This document shows positions 13,401 through 26,350 of a DNA stretch of 64,000 nucleotides, one piece after another. The position numbers and the translations under genes are program-made. A model generated the notes under the pieces. The model did not search any database. It was not told where the DNA came from and saw only the letters and a list, made by a program, of their open reading frames with translations. The DNA is taken from contig CM060733.1 of NCBI GenBank assembly GCA_030704615.1, positions 65,720,001 to 65,784,000 of the forward strand, given 5' to 3'. Source of the stretch: Takakia lepidozioides (lineage: Eukaryota > Plantae > Bryophyta). How positions within the stretch are numbered: position 1 is the first letter of the stretch; every line of letters begins with the position of its first letter.

Positions 13401-15400
13401 GACATCTAAGTATTTGTGTATGAATTCAATTCAATGAGCTTCCAAGGTGTTGGTCTTCTACTAAAAATCCAAAAGAGGTTTTATCCAGCGGTACTTGTCG
13501 GCTGGGATTTTGTTGTGTGAATGTCCTCCAATTGACAGGATGAAGCCGTTATCGAGCGCTGTTTGGGGAGGATTTTTTTTTGTGTGTCTAATGGTGGTGT
13601 AAGATGGCGTGGAAGGAGTTTCAATCCCAAGCGTCGATCTGCCCATAACCAACAAATATGCTCCACGTTGAAAACTATGTTTTCACGTGGATTTGCGGCT
13701 TGGTGATTTTCCAAGGTTGATGGTAGAACCCATTGGAGCTGAAGTTTGGTAGGAGGGCCTTGAAATACCACTACCTCCGCAAACACTCATTGGTAACGAC
13801 TCTACTCACAACTGCTAGAGATGCTTCCTCCTTCCATCTACCTTCATCATCGACAGACTCTGCTCCGCCCACCTCCCTAGACAACCCCAAATTGAATTCA
13901 AACCGCACTCAAGAATAACTACTGATCCAAGTCATTACAAGGGTACCCCAAGAGATTTTGTGGCAATGTTTGAGGAATTTTGGAAGGGATTTGCAACAAT
14001 CCATCATTTTTGAGTTTTTCGGGCGTTCGTAGCCACATGAATTAATTTGAAGGGGTTTTCTTGGGCTAAAATATCTAAGAGCACCCTAGGACAGCTGGTA
14101 GGATGAGAAGTGACACCCACCAACCATGAATGGTTGAAATGTTTCTTCATCCCTCATCATAGGATATTCCATCCAATCTTTTTTTATAGTATTTCTAGTA
14201 TAAAGGGCTTAGGAGGTGAGCTTGCTCACCACTTCACTTCTACTTTTTTGCTTGCTTAGTTGTTTAGTTAGTTAATTTCTTAGAAGCTTGCTTGAGAGAG
14301 ATAAGCTTTGTTGGAAGCAACTTATAAACACACCATACCCTAATGGGGATGGTTCCCCATACTCCCAAGGAGCTATGGGGACCATATATCAATGAAAATT
14401 CAAGCTGTAAATTTCTTTGGAGTCTTTGCAAAAATCCAAAGCCAAATTAAAGAAAAAAAATAACTTGGAAAAAATATTCTTACTCGCTAACCTTCTCTCT
14501 CTCTCTCCTATGGGGGGGGGGGGCGGGGGGATTGGTTAGTCAAGTAGGCGAACAAAGGTTGAACCTAGTTGCTCTAGGCTCTTCTCATGTCAACTTTCAA
14601 TAACAAAAATCGACACCCAAACTTGACTTGGAGCTCGAACTAAGCTAACCCTTGCATAGTTAGTCTCTCAAGTCAAGGCGTTAGTACTTTACACCAAAAA
14701 AAAACAACAACAAAGCCTAGTGGCCCACAACAAGGCCTAATGGTCAACAACAAAAAGACCTCCTACCTTGTTAGCAACCCTCTAGCTAGGTTTGTTAGAG
14801 GCCTCTCAAGGTTAGTATCTCAACTTCAACAAAACAAAACAAAGCAAACCCTTGGGCCTCTTGGCCACTAAGGGGGTTAGCACTCCCATTTCCCCAAGCC
14901 TTACACACTCTCCTTTGGGTTAGTAAGCTTGACAAGGTTAGTACACACTAAAAACAACAACCAAGAACAACACAAGCAAGAAAAGAACATAAAAGAACAA
15001 GGAACAAGAACCTATCCTTTGCTAGGGTGTCTCAACTCTCAACTTGCTAAGGGGCTACCAAAACCTAGGGGATGGGGTAGTGTGGCTCACCTCTCCTATG
15101 AGGTTTGTTGCTTACTACCTCCACTCTCTCTTCTAGGGGCTCCACACTCCAAGTTGCAAATCCACTCAAAGCTCCTTGGAAATAGGTCTCATTTTCTTTC
15201 ACTTTTCAAAGTAAGGCTCTTGACCACAAAAACTTGAGCACCTAGATGCCTATCTAGTCTTCCCAAGCTCCACTAGTTGCCTCCTTCGAGCTAGCTAATA
15301 CTTCTAGCTAATACTTCTAGCTAAGCTCTAAGCCTCAAGCAAACTAGGACTTTTTGCTAACCCATAAGGGGTTAAACCCCATGGGAAGGTGGTGTATATG
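10461..15400. mobile_element. Composite non-coding LTR-retrotransposon-like relic with GC-skewed CGCTCCCC/CTGCTCCCC repeats (12200-12750)
   Basis: Starts TGTT. Contains a TATA box followed by a pyrimidine-rich leader at ~14200 and CpG-depleted decayed sequence. A related repeat block lies inverted at 19030-19500. Boundaries are approximate. Confidence 0.45.
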
Positions 15401-15748
15401 CATGGGCGTCATGATTTATTTGCAGGTTTAATGGAATCTGGACCCGCCTTTAATTAAGGCCTCATCATCATTGAATAGCTACTCTATCGCTAAACCATGG
15501 GGGCGAACCTCAAGCACGTACCCCCAAGCACGGCCCACCAAGAGCGACCAGTGTGGGAGCAAGGTGCGATATTCGCAATATTGTCAAATGTACCCCCTTG
15601 GTGCGGATCTTTGATCCATACCACAACAAACAAATCTAGCCTTTTGGAGTATCGTATCCAAGACTAAAAAATATTTCCCCCCAGGGTATGATACCCACCT
15701 TTTGGTAAGGCCTTAAAGTTCTCCCAAGGTTATTTAATATGAGTTCCG

Positions 15749-15779
<31 letters not shown>

Positions 15780-16065
15780 AAAAATCAACCTTGTCGGGTG
15801 TGGTATGATTCTCCCCCCACAACCCCCAGGGTCCAATGAGCCTTGTGCTTGGGTAGTGATCTTGGGTTCAATCCTTCAACATGTGTCTCGATGGGCTGTG
15901 TTGAGCAGTAGGCTCTGTAAATTCATTGGACATTAAAAAACAATTACCTTTATCTTGATCAAAGAGGTTATTTTGATTTGTGAGAAGTAGCTTTCCGTTT
16001 TCTTTTCTTTTCTTTTCTTTTTGAAAGCCTTAGGTGTCTACCTATGGTAATGCAGCTTAGTCTTA

Positions 16066-17510
16066 AGGACCGTTCACACTTAGTGATACACAGGTAAGTA
16101 GTCCACGTGGCAGCCACTATCACCTGAGCTACCACCGATAATAAATTTGTTGATAACTTATTTACAAGCCCGCCATAACCTTTGCAATTTCAAGATTTGC
16201 GCGACTATTATTAGCGGTAAGTTATCTGTTTGAAACCACAGCACCTAAGTTACCATTTTCCATTGAGTCTCCTTCCCCGATCGATGCTCGAGCTTGAGCT
16301 TTCGTGCATAACGGAGCTTCAGTGTGCTGCGACAATAGTCAAACCAGCGCGATGGCGATGATACAACCTGCACTGGCAGCTGCTTCAGGTGATAGCGAAT
16401 CTGTAGAGACGGCAGGAAGAGAGAGAGGGAGAGGGAGAGGGAGAGGGAGAGGAGGGGGAAGGAGAGGAGGAAGAGTAGTGGGGAGGGGAGTTGGTGCAAC
16501 ACCACAGCGTCAAAGACAAGGAAATTGGAAGCATAATGAGGTGCTTGTTCTCATCAAATGTAAACATGAGAGCATGTGGCACAGAAGGCGTTGGTGGATC
16601 CCCGAGCACATATGGTGTCTGCTGCAATCAAGTGGACCAGAATTTCGGAAGAGCTGCAGAAGGTTATGAAAACTATGATTCCTCGAAATGGGAAGATGTG
16701 CAAAGAGAAATGGAATTGTCTTAATTCAGACTACAAGAAGGTTTCAGACTATCACAAAAGAACCGGCCATAATACATCATATTGGGAGTTGACCACTGAT
16801 GAGCGCGATAAATATCACCTGCCTCGCCAATTCAATAGAGACTACTATGAAGCGATTGAAGCATTCCAGGGGGAACACATAATTAATGCACATGTTCATG
16901 TGAGGGATCTGAACGCCCCTGGGGATGGAAACTATGTTGCACCCACGCCAGAAATTGAGATATAAGAGGAACAAGGGGAATCAACAACACAATCTCGTTC
17001 ATATATGGCAGGTTTTCTTGGCCAAGACTTCATACCAGAAGCACAAGGTGTAGTTCTAGAACGGGAACAGGGTAACCCAATACGTGTAAACATTGTCAAC
17101 CTCGATGATTACTCTGAGTGTACTCAGCGAGCCTTTCCTAATGTGGTCAATTTGTCGGATGTTCCCAGTCAGGCTATGCCTGCACCATCAATCGGCCAAC
17201 CAACAACCCCTGGAGTACCGGCGTTAAGCGCAAGCGCACAAGCATATTCTCACCAGTAATTGAAGCTAATGACAAGGGGAACAAAGTAATTGTAGAGGCA
17301 ATGGATCGCATAAACCTAACGCAGCTGGAAATTGAGGAGCGGCGTAGTAAGGTTCAGGAACGTACTGCAAAAGATCAGCTAGTATACCTCAAGCAAAGAG
17401 ACAAGAAACTTCGGAAAAGAAGCAAAGAAATGGTGACTGTGCTCTCTAATTTGAGCATGGCAATGTGCCACGCATTCATACAGGATAAACGACTAATGCC
17501 TCCCCCCATG
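16066..17510 (+). mobile_element. PIF/Harbinger terminal repeat plus Myb/SANT (trihelix-type) accessory ORF pseudogene
   Basis: AGGACCGTTCACACTTAGTGATAC follows TTA and matches the 7587 repeat at 22 of 24 positions. ORF pieces WKHNEVLVLIKCK / KWTRISEEL..RNGKMCKEKWNCLNSDYKKV and a coiled-coil tail (17301-17500) follow, with a frameshift and stops. Confidence 0.85.
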
Positions 17511-19500
17511 ACAATGGAGTCCTTGCTCATTTACCAAATGAACCTTTCTCTCTCAACTAAGCTCTCCTCTTTCTTTAGAGGGTTAGTTTTTTCACATATA
17601 GAGACAGCCTCTCATGGACTTGTCTTGCAAACTCAAATGAAATAGCAAAGCAAACATCAAAGCAAAGTAAGGTAAGTGGTTTATCAACCTTAGGAGCAAT
17701 GTGAGCTTGGGATGCTCTAATGGCTCGATGGTGTGGCTCTTGTGAGGCCCTTTCTCTAGGTGCATGTCAACATTGTCCACCCATAGCTCTCTACTCGTCC
17801 CAAGTCTCTCCAATCTACTCTCTAGTGATCACGAACTTCCTCCTTTATCAAAGCAAATGGCCTCAAGGCCCACAATGAGCTAGCTTCCTCGCCTTAGCTC
17901 TAAATAAAAACACTCATTTCTAACTAGGGAGCTTCAAGCTCCACTCCCTAGGACATAGGCTCCCTCTAGCAAACTAAACTACAACAAAGCAGCAAAACAA
18001 AGAATTGAACTAGGTGAAGAAACAAGGAAGCCTTGCCCTTCTTTTATACTGTTTTTGGGACTCTTAAAATATTGTAGGATAGTCTTAAACTAATATAAAC
18101 TAGAGGGAGATATAATAAAAAAAACTACTAAAGTTCAATAAACAAATATTTGGATGGAACTCATCCGGGAAACCGGTCAAAGGGATTTTCCTCATCCTGT
18201 TTGACCGCCAGATAGCGGTTATCATCCGCACAACCCCTAAGGCGAATTTGAGCATTTTCCTCCAATGAAATCCCTAGAAAATCATTTAAATCGGTCGCCG
18301 CAAGTGCCGTAGCCTTGTAATTCGGTGCCGTTGATAACCTTAACCATAAATCACAAAACTTGGTGATAAATTATGATTAGGTGCTCCGTAATTTCTTGTA
18401 AATCCTCAAGTCAATCGGAGTTAAAAACCAATTCCAAACGCCGTTATTTGTGGATCCACCGCGTAGGAAGTCTACTGCTTCCTTGGAAATTCTCCTAATG
18501 GTAATGCTCCTGGAGTCTTGGATCCTGCCACTTGATCTTGAATACTCGGAAGTCACCTCCAACTACCCATTCGCACCATGGGCTGGCCACACTCCGCTCC
18601 GAAGTCGTCCGTTCCGCCGTTGTTCCTATGCAACGTCCTACTGTTGTTGCGATATTTCATCGCTATACAATATCCTACTTCTAATTTGCCAAGTGCTGTC
18701 ACTGTGTGGACCTACTGGATAAGTGAAGGGGGAGAAAAGACAGATCGCAACCCGTCCTTACAGTCGCCCTTGTACAGTTCAAACAATTCCAAGTTGCTGC
18801 TAGTTGTACCGTGTTGGTAGCCTACTATGCTGTCTTTGCAGCTTTCCTACTCTCGTTTTGACGCCAGAGGCCACTCAATGCTCGTCTCAAATTTAATCTA
18901 ATTCCTAAATGCTTCACCAGCGGTTCCTAAATAACTAACAACTTGTGATAATTTGGCAGTACAATGCCGAAATTGCCTGGCTAAGGATACAAAACGATCC
19001 GAAAATAAAATTGTACCCATTTATGCATCTACAGCGGGCACACGGGGGAGCGCAACAGGGGAGCAAAGGGAGCGGGGTGCGGGCACACGGGGGAGCGCAG
19101 CAGGGGAGCGGCAATAGGTAAGTAGAAAGAGGGGGCGCGGGGACATGAGGAAGCGGCAACAGGGGGGCAGAGAGAGTGGAACAGGGGAGCAGAGAGAGCG
19201 GGGTGTGGAGACGCGGGGGAGTTGTACAGGGGAGCGGAGAGAGCAGGTGCGGGGACACGGGGGAGCGGAAGAGGGGAGCAGAGAGCAGGGGAGTAGAGGG
19301 AGCAGGGAGCTGAGGGGGGGAGGCGGGCAGGCCGGGCGGGGGGGGACGGGGTGGGGCGGGTCTCGGGGGCGGGAGGGGGGCGCTCCCGGGTAGGGGCCAG
19401 CACGTGGGCGGGCCCAAGCGGGGGTGGGATTTGACAGGGATGCTCCGGCAGCGCGCAGGAGGCCGCACGGCTTCGGCGGGGCCCACGTTCTCACACGCGC
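17510..19500 (-). mobile_element. LTR-retrotransposon-like relic, inverted relative to 10461-15400
   Basis: 19030-19300 is the reverse-complement type of the 12200-12700 repeats. 17960-18060 resembles the reverse complement of the TATA/leader at 14190-14280. Confidence 0.45.
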
Positions 19501-20559
19501 GCATTCAACTCCATGGCTAGTGTAAACCGGGTTCAGTACAGTGGTTAGGATACTGGATTGAAAATTTTGATAAGTCAGAAACAGTACTGAATATTTTTTT
19601 ATGATTGATACTTTTCTTTATTCAAAACCCTATTTCCCTAAAACCTCATATCCAAGTTTGGAGCTCATTAAGAAAAACAAATTCTAGCTTTGGGATACAA
19701 TAGATTGGTTGAGATATTTGACTGAAAGTTTTTATAGGAAGGGAGCCAAGTAACCTAAGTGTGGTGGAAAACCACCCCATCCAAGACTTCCATTTGTTTT
19801 GGTCATTTTATTTTATTTTTTTCATTGATACTTTTTCTTATCCAAAACCCTATACCCTAAAACCTCAAATTCGTGTTTGAACCAAGAAAAATAGATTCCA
19901 ACTTTAGAGTACGATAGATTGGTTGGGTGATTCCATTGTAAATTTTTATAGGTTCTATACCTCTATACCTACATACACTGTTATATTTTTCTATTTTATT
20001 GATACTTGTCCTTATCCTATGCATTATCCATTGTATGTCGTTTGATTTTGATGTCAACGTTTAATGAATTAAGTTATGCACTTCACATAATTAATTAATT
20101 CATTATAATGTTATTTGAGCTAATGTGTAATATTATATTATATTTTTGTCTGTATTTAGGCCAAAAATCCGGAATTAGTTAAAAATTGAGTTCATGGCTG
20201 TCCCCGGGGAATGTGCTAGGGACATTGTCAAAGAAGCTCCCATAGTTGTGGATGTCCCAAATGACTTAGTAAGGGCCATCCTGGAGTCCATTACTTGCTC
20301 GCCAGCTGTTGTAGCCTCCGCTGCAACTCCTGCCTGGTCACCAAATCACCTCGCTACGTTATTTGAGGCATAATTTGCATTAAGGAAAAAGTACGTCTTC
20401 AGCTGTGCCCAGAGTCTACAATACACAATTACAAAACCTGGAAATTAAGTAAATCGAATGGTCACGGTTGCTGAATCACAGCCTACTTGAAAAATGAACA
20501 AAAGTACCCGTGACTGATAGCATACAGGCCTTTTCTGAGACAGAAACCTGAACTCGAAA

Positions 20560-21594
20560 GATTCTCTCAAGATTCTAGACCTACAACTTATGATTTCATA
20601 GGCTTCAACTACTGCAGCAAGATCCGAAATGGCCTCTTTGAGAATACTTAGGTACCTCACTTCTGAAGTTTGCTACTGGACATAGTCCATTGCATGGTAA
20701 TGATTCAAGAGTCAGCCAATCATACATGTCAGGTAGACAAAAATACCTAATACACGTGCGCTCTACAACAGTGTTGCCGAGCAGACCAAGATTCTCCTCC
20801 ACACGTTTCACCAGGTAAGGGACCACCTGGGATATTGGCCCGAAAGGAAGATACTTGCTCACTCGGAAACCGGCATGTACTAACGCGAATGACAATACAT
20901 CAGCCATACCCTTCAGTTGTGCAAATTGCAGTCTTCGATCCCCCTTTGTGGCCATCCCAGTTCTTCTGCCTTTATTGCTGGTGCCCTCCCTGCGCTCCCA
21001 AGGTTGTCAACTTCATCTTCAATCCTCAAAGTGCAACTATCGCTAAACAAACAAGCCTCAAACGGCAATTGGCTCTCTTGCTTTGCTTTGGCACAACATA
21101 AGAGGAAGGTAAGACGAGCATGACTCAGCACAACACACCAATCAGTGCCTTGACACGGTGTAAGGTACTTTGACCACATTTTCTCCATTGACCTACATGT
21201 CTCCGCAAAAGGCTCTCTCTACAAGAGAGCCAACAAAACAAGGTGACGCTTCAAGAATGACATAGTATGGGCGCACAAGAAATGATCTAGAAACGTTGAA
21301 ATCCGAAAAAACCATGTCACGTTCTTGACCGCTAAGTGAGAAACAAAGTATATACCAGAGTCCGTATTATGAGTTGCAAGCACCTAGGGAATTCCAAAAA
21401 GGCCTTGATGTGAAATGCATCGCAATTCACTTGATCACCCCCCTAAAAGTGCGCAATTCAATTGAATTGCAAGGGCAATTCAATTGAACTAACCCTAATT
21501 TGCAATTCAATTGAATTGTCAACTCGCAATTCAATTGAATCGCTAGTTGGCAATTCAATTGAATTGTAATCTATAATTTTTTAACTTATTTTTG

Positions 21595-21631
<37 letters not shown>

Positions 21632-23705
21632 TATACATATATACATACACAGGTATAAGCTAAAAATACATGTTGCCCGTCTATTCTTGATGTCCGTCTG
21701 TCAATCCTTTGCCTGTGGTAAGGCTTGAGCGCAAGATAAAGCCTAAGGGAGAGGGAGAGAGAGAGAGAGGGGAAGTCACGAAGCGCTTGTAAAAGCGGGA
21801 TTGTCTCTCTTTGTGGATGTTGGTGCCAATATATGGCTATGTACATATACCAAACATGATACCAATGTAAGAGTATCAACGTGTAAGAGTTTGATATATT
21901 AAACTTATATAGAACACACATCCCAACTTCAACATGATACCTTTGTAAGGGTATCGAAATTTTGATAATTCTCAAGATGAACATATTTTTTTGTTTTCTT
22001 TGTCCTGGGCCAGATACTAGTGTTAGGGGACTACATGGTGATGCAGGGGAAGCCTTTCATCAATTGTCAGGTTTGATTTTGTCTGTTTTTTTCGAAGCCA
22101 GCCATGTTTCTTTTGCCAGTGAATCACAGGAAGCTGCTGATCTGTCTCCGTCTCTGGCTCTCCCTTTCTCGCTGAGGCTGAGGGTGGTTTCACAACTCCA
22201 CAATTTCCTCAAGGGCACAAGAAAGAGGGCCAGCAAGAATAGACGGCAACATGTATTTTTAGCTTATACTCTTATATGTGTATAAATATAATTTGAATAT
22301 ATACATGTACATATATATTATACATTATATACAAAAATAAGTTAAAAATTATAGATTTCAATTCAATTGAATTGAGAGATCACAATTCAATTGATTCGTG
22401 TGCCGACAATTCAATTGAATTGCAAATTAGGGTTATTTCAATTGAATTGCCCTTGCAATTCAATTGAATTGCGCACTTTTAGGGGGTGATCAAGTGAATT
22501 GCCATGCATTTCACATCAAGGCCTTTTTGGAATTCCCTAAGCACCACATAGACATCTCCAGATGCAGCTTGTTCCAGCATAAATGCAGCACACGCGTCAT
22601 AACAGCGGTGCGTTTCTTCAATGTTCGAGTGTATGGGAGAAGGGGCACCTAAAGAGGCAGCCAATGCAGTTTCTCTGGTAAGGTATGCTTAGCAGTGGCA
22701 AGCCCTCGCGTTCACATGACTCGCACAACTTCCACAGCCGCTGATGGGCAAGCGTCCAGTCACGTTCTTCATCTGTCGTCAGCGGCTCCGGCTCTGCTTG
22801 CACATGGTACGTGGGACTGCACTCTGCTAACACTGGTAATCCGTCCTGCTTCCAGGGAAGCTTGTATCCATGCACCTTATGTTGCCACCTCAGGAGGTCA
22901 CTAACGCGCTCCAGAAGTTGAATTGGACAAATTGCGGTGATCTTGATACAAGAAAAGCTTACCTGCAGCAGGGTGTGTCCATACGCACGAGTTGGACGGA
23001 AACGTTGCAACAATTGAGCCAACAACTCAAAAACAAAGAGTAGACAGCAAAAATCAGCACAATGATTGTACCCTCCACAAGTCAACAATGCCTCAAGCTC
23101 TAGACGAGGAATTTAACAACCGTGACCAGAGAAGACATGTCAAATGTTACTTACTGATCCAGGCGGCATCTGGCTAGTCTGATGAACAACGTGCAGAAAG
23201 TCAGTAAGATTCTTATCGCAAGACCGGTTGTCGATGGCGTCCTCCAAGCCGTAGTTCATGATGCCGCAGAGTCCAAGCTCCCACTATTCAGAGTGACTGA
23301 GGCTTCCCCGACATCCTCTCCCGCACAGAAGTGAGAGTATGCAGTCCTCTTTACAACCTGAAGGACCGGTACTCGGAAGATTGCATACTGCATCAAAGGA
23401 GAGGTGAGAACTTTGACGCTCAAATCGACAACGGGCTCATATGCGACCAAATTTAGATTGGACAGTGTTGTGAGAAGCTCCTTGGTGGTCACCCCCGAGT
23501 AAACAACCTCCCCGTTCCTGGTTTGTAAGATATCACCAGTTAGCTGCGGCTCAACATTATTGTTATACAGTTGAGCCTTCGTTGTGAGAGCCTTCGTTGC
23601 CGTGCCTCTAACATCGAATTTCTCTTGAGCGAAGCTCTTGACGGAGAATCAACTCGCTGCAGTGAAAACCTTAGGGATGTCCCGGGTAGCACGCCATGCC
23701 ATTTC
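20560..23705 (-). pseudogene. PRODH: Proline dehydrogenase (ProDH/POX) pseudogene
   Basis: Motifs present: YSHFCAGED, CIKITAICPIQLLERVSDLLRWQ, SPIHSNIEETHRCY, ATHN, QFAQLKGMADVLSFAL..GFRVSKYLPFGP..VVPYLVKRVEEN. Lesions: early stop, frameshift near 23280, deletion of the DAE..KLVRG segment at ~22690, and a 1155-bp exon insertion. Confidence 0.9.
21385..22539. mobile_element. Foldback/MITE-like element with ~300-bp TIRs starting TAGGGAATTCC and 6-bp TSD AGCACC
   Basis: 21385-~21700 is the reverse complement of ~22235-22539. AGCACC occurs at 21379-21384 and 22540-22545. The arms contain repeated AATTCAATTGAATT palindromes. Removal restores VYVVL-ATHNTDS. Confidence 0.9.
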
Positions 23706-23780
23706 CAAGGGAAATTGCCTGCCCTGAGCAAACACATCAGGCAGCATAAACTCCCCTCATAAAAGTCTCTACTAGCTCCC

Positions 23781-23974
23781 CGTAGCGCACTGGTAAAGGG
23801 ATCTCGCCGTCGTGTCACTCTCCCACAGGCTGAGAGGACGCCCTGCTAATCCCGTAGAGAACTACCTCCTCCCGCTGTTCCTAACATATTGTGGCACGAC
23901 CTAAAATAACAGGTAGGTAGTACCGGAAGACGATCAAAGGGTGACCGGCTCGATCCCTTTACCAGTGCGCTACG
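23781..23974. repeat. Perfect 23-bp inverted repeat pair, 148 bp apart
   Basis: CGTAGCGCACTGGTAAAGGGATC at 23781-23803 and its exact reverse complement at 23952-23974. Confidence 0.85.
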
Positions 23975-24901
23975 CTAGGTAGCGCCTTCGCCGATGGGCT
24001 ACGACCGGGCTGTAGCCGGTTCCTACCTACCAGTTCGTAATGTTGTCAAGATTTGATGCCAGGTGAGCGTATGATGAATCCATAGCAGCGTCGCAGCAAG
24101 TCGCGAGTGTAATCAGCGGATGCTGGCCGCCCTCCACAATAGACAGGCATCCTGGCGGCTCTGCCGAGCAGCCGCCTTCTTTCCACGTGGATCAGTGGAT
24201 CGCGCCACGTGCGCTGCAACCGACCCTTTCCAGCTACCCTACCCTGCTAGGAAAAGGCGAAAATGAAATGAAATGAACGATACTAGTTAATTTATAGAAA
24301 GCTTGAAGAGCTCACTACTAGAGCATGAAACAGTAAAAAGAGAGAGGGGGCCCTCAACAAGCAGCCCAAAAACAATTATTGATCAAGGGACTGTCTAAGA
24401 GTGAACAGTGCACGTCTGTCTTGATACTAAAGAAGACATGATAGATTCACTTTCGATTTCCTTACCGCTATATTTGGTGGAAGCGAGGCATTCACACAAG
24501 CATCAACCTGCTGTGTGGATCGAGCACACTCTGGCATTGGTTCAATATTTGATGTGCACTATGGAGGTCCAGATCAAGAATAAGTGGTGTTGCTTTGTGG
24601 ATGATAACTCAACAGTTCTACGTCAGAGACGAAATTGCAACGGTTTCTTCTCAGAGAAGATGGATTTCAGTAGTTCTGGAATACTGTTGATTATTAACAA
24701 CAAGCCAGGGATCTTACTTGTAGTAATCGGGAGCACATACTGTCAAACAATTTTCTCATACTAGAGATTGAGTCGTGCAGGATAACAGGGGTGGAATCAT
24801 ACACGATTTCTCGTTGCACATCAAAATAGCGACAGTGATAGCACCGTTGTCACCACTGCTTTTGAACCGGTCAATCACAGGTATTCTAGCGCTGATGTGG
24901 A

Positions 24902-26350
24902 TTGAGATCATTATGTAAGGAGGGACAACTGAAAGAGGCGCTGCACATTTTCAACCAACCAGCATTCGGGCAGACTGCAACACTTATGTCTGTCTCAAGA
25001 TTGCAGGGTTGCATCAGGAGGGAAGTCCTAGCAGAGGGAAAGCGGGTGCACTCCCATATTGTCCTAAGTGGTTTCAGTCCATGCATCACCCTAGACCACC
25101 TTATCAACATGTATGCCAAGTGCGGGAGCCACTGCGGCGCACCAAGGACTAGGTAGCATTCGAGAGGAGCCCCTGCTACCGGATATAGCAAGGAGCCAGG
25201 ACCTACCGAGCCGCGTTAGCGGCGAGATGTCATGGCGACCTGCTATATCCGGTAGCAGGGGCTCCTCTCGAGCACTACCGGACATAACCGGTTTTTAGGG
25301 CAGCGAGCCAATTATTTTAAGACAGCGAACCAGTCAGTTTACCCTTGTACGTACCTACCACATCATTTTCTATCCATTTGGAGCTGTGATATGAAGTTTT
25401 CATCCCCGCAGCAGGTAGGCAAGTAGTTAAAATCTAGTAGGTCGTAGGATACCACATATAGCACCCCTCCTCAAATCCAGTAGAAACATGCCACGTCAGC
25501 GAGTCTGCTCTAAAAATCGGTTATGAGTTTGACAAAATGCCTGAACGAAATATGTTTACGTGGAGTATGATGATTGCAGAATTCGCTAAGCTTGGGCTTG
25601 CTGAGGAGGCTTTCAAACTCTATGAGAAAATGCAAGGGGAAGGGATAACACCCGACAAGGTCACATTCACTTTTGTTCTCAACGCATGTGCCACGCTAGG
25701 AAGACTGGAAAGAGGGCAGCGAGTCCATGCTAAATGTGGTCTCATGGAATGCCATGATTGCAGGACATGCTGAGCATGGCCATGGCGAAGAGGCTTTGAA
25801 AATGTCTGAGCACATGCAAGGGGAAGGGCTTATGCCTAATGTGATCACTGCTCTGAACGCGTGTACCAGCCTAGGAGCACTGGAAATGGGCAAGCAGGTC
25901 CATAGTAACATCATCAAATCTGGAATTTAGGTCACCAATTAATTTGGAGAATACTCTGATAGACGTACAGCAAATGCGGGAGCGTGATGGAATCACTTGA
26001 AGTCTGTGATATAATACCTGAAGTTAATGTGGTGTCATGGAGTGCTATGTATTCCAAGCAGGGGCATGGTGAACAGGCTTTCCAGATGTATGAGCAAATG
26101 CAACGCAAAGGGGTGATGCCTGATGGGGTCACATTCATATGTGTTCTGAATGCGTGTGCCAGCCTAGGGGCTCTGGAAAAGGGTAAACGTGTCCATGCTG
26201 ACATCCTCAATGCAGGAATTGCCCCATGTATAAATTTGCAGACCTCCCTCGTCACATGTTTGCAAAATGCGAGAGCCTAAAGGATACACGTCAAGTATTT
26301 GACACAACGACTAACAGAGATGTGGTCTCATGAAATGCCATGATTGCAGG
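24902..26350 (+). pseudogene. Second PLS-class PPR pseudogene with insertion at ~25130-25525
   Basis: Motifs LCKEGQLKEAL, LINMYAKCGS, FDKMPERNMFTWSMMI, PDKVTFTFVLNACA, PDGVTFICVLNACASLGALEKGKRVH, with several frameshifts and stops. Confidence 0.88.
25283..25525. mobile_element. MITE-like element with CATAACCG.. terminal repeats, next to a ~39-bp-arm hairpin (25152-25280)
   Basis: Left CATAACCGGTTTTTAGGGCAG versus reverse-complemented right end CATAACCGATTTTTAGAGCAG. No TSD seen. Confidence 0.6.

Noticed and set aside
16304-16965. Host trihelix transcription factor gene
   Set aside because: Frameshifted and directly downstream of a Harbinger-type terminal repeat; better explained as the element's Myb/SANT ORF.
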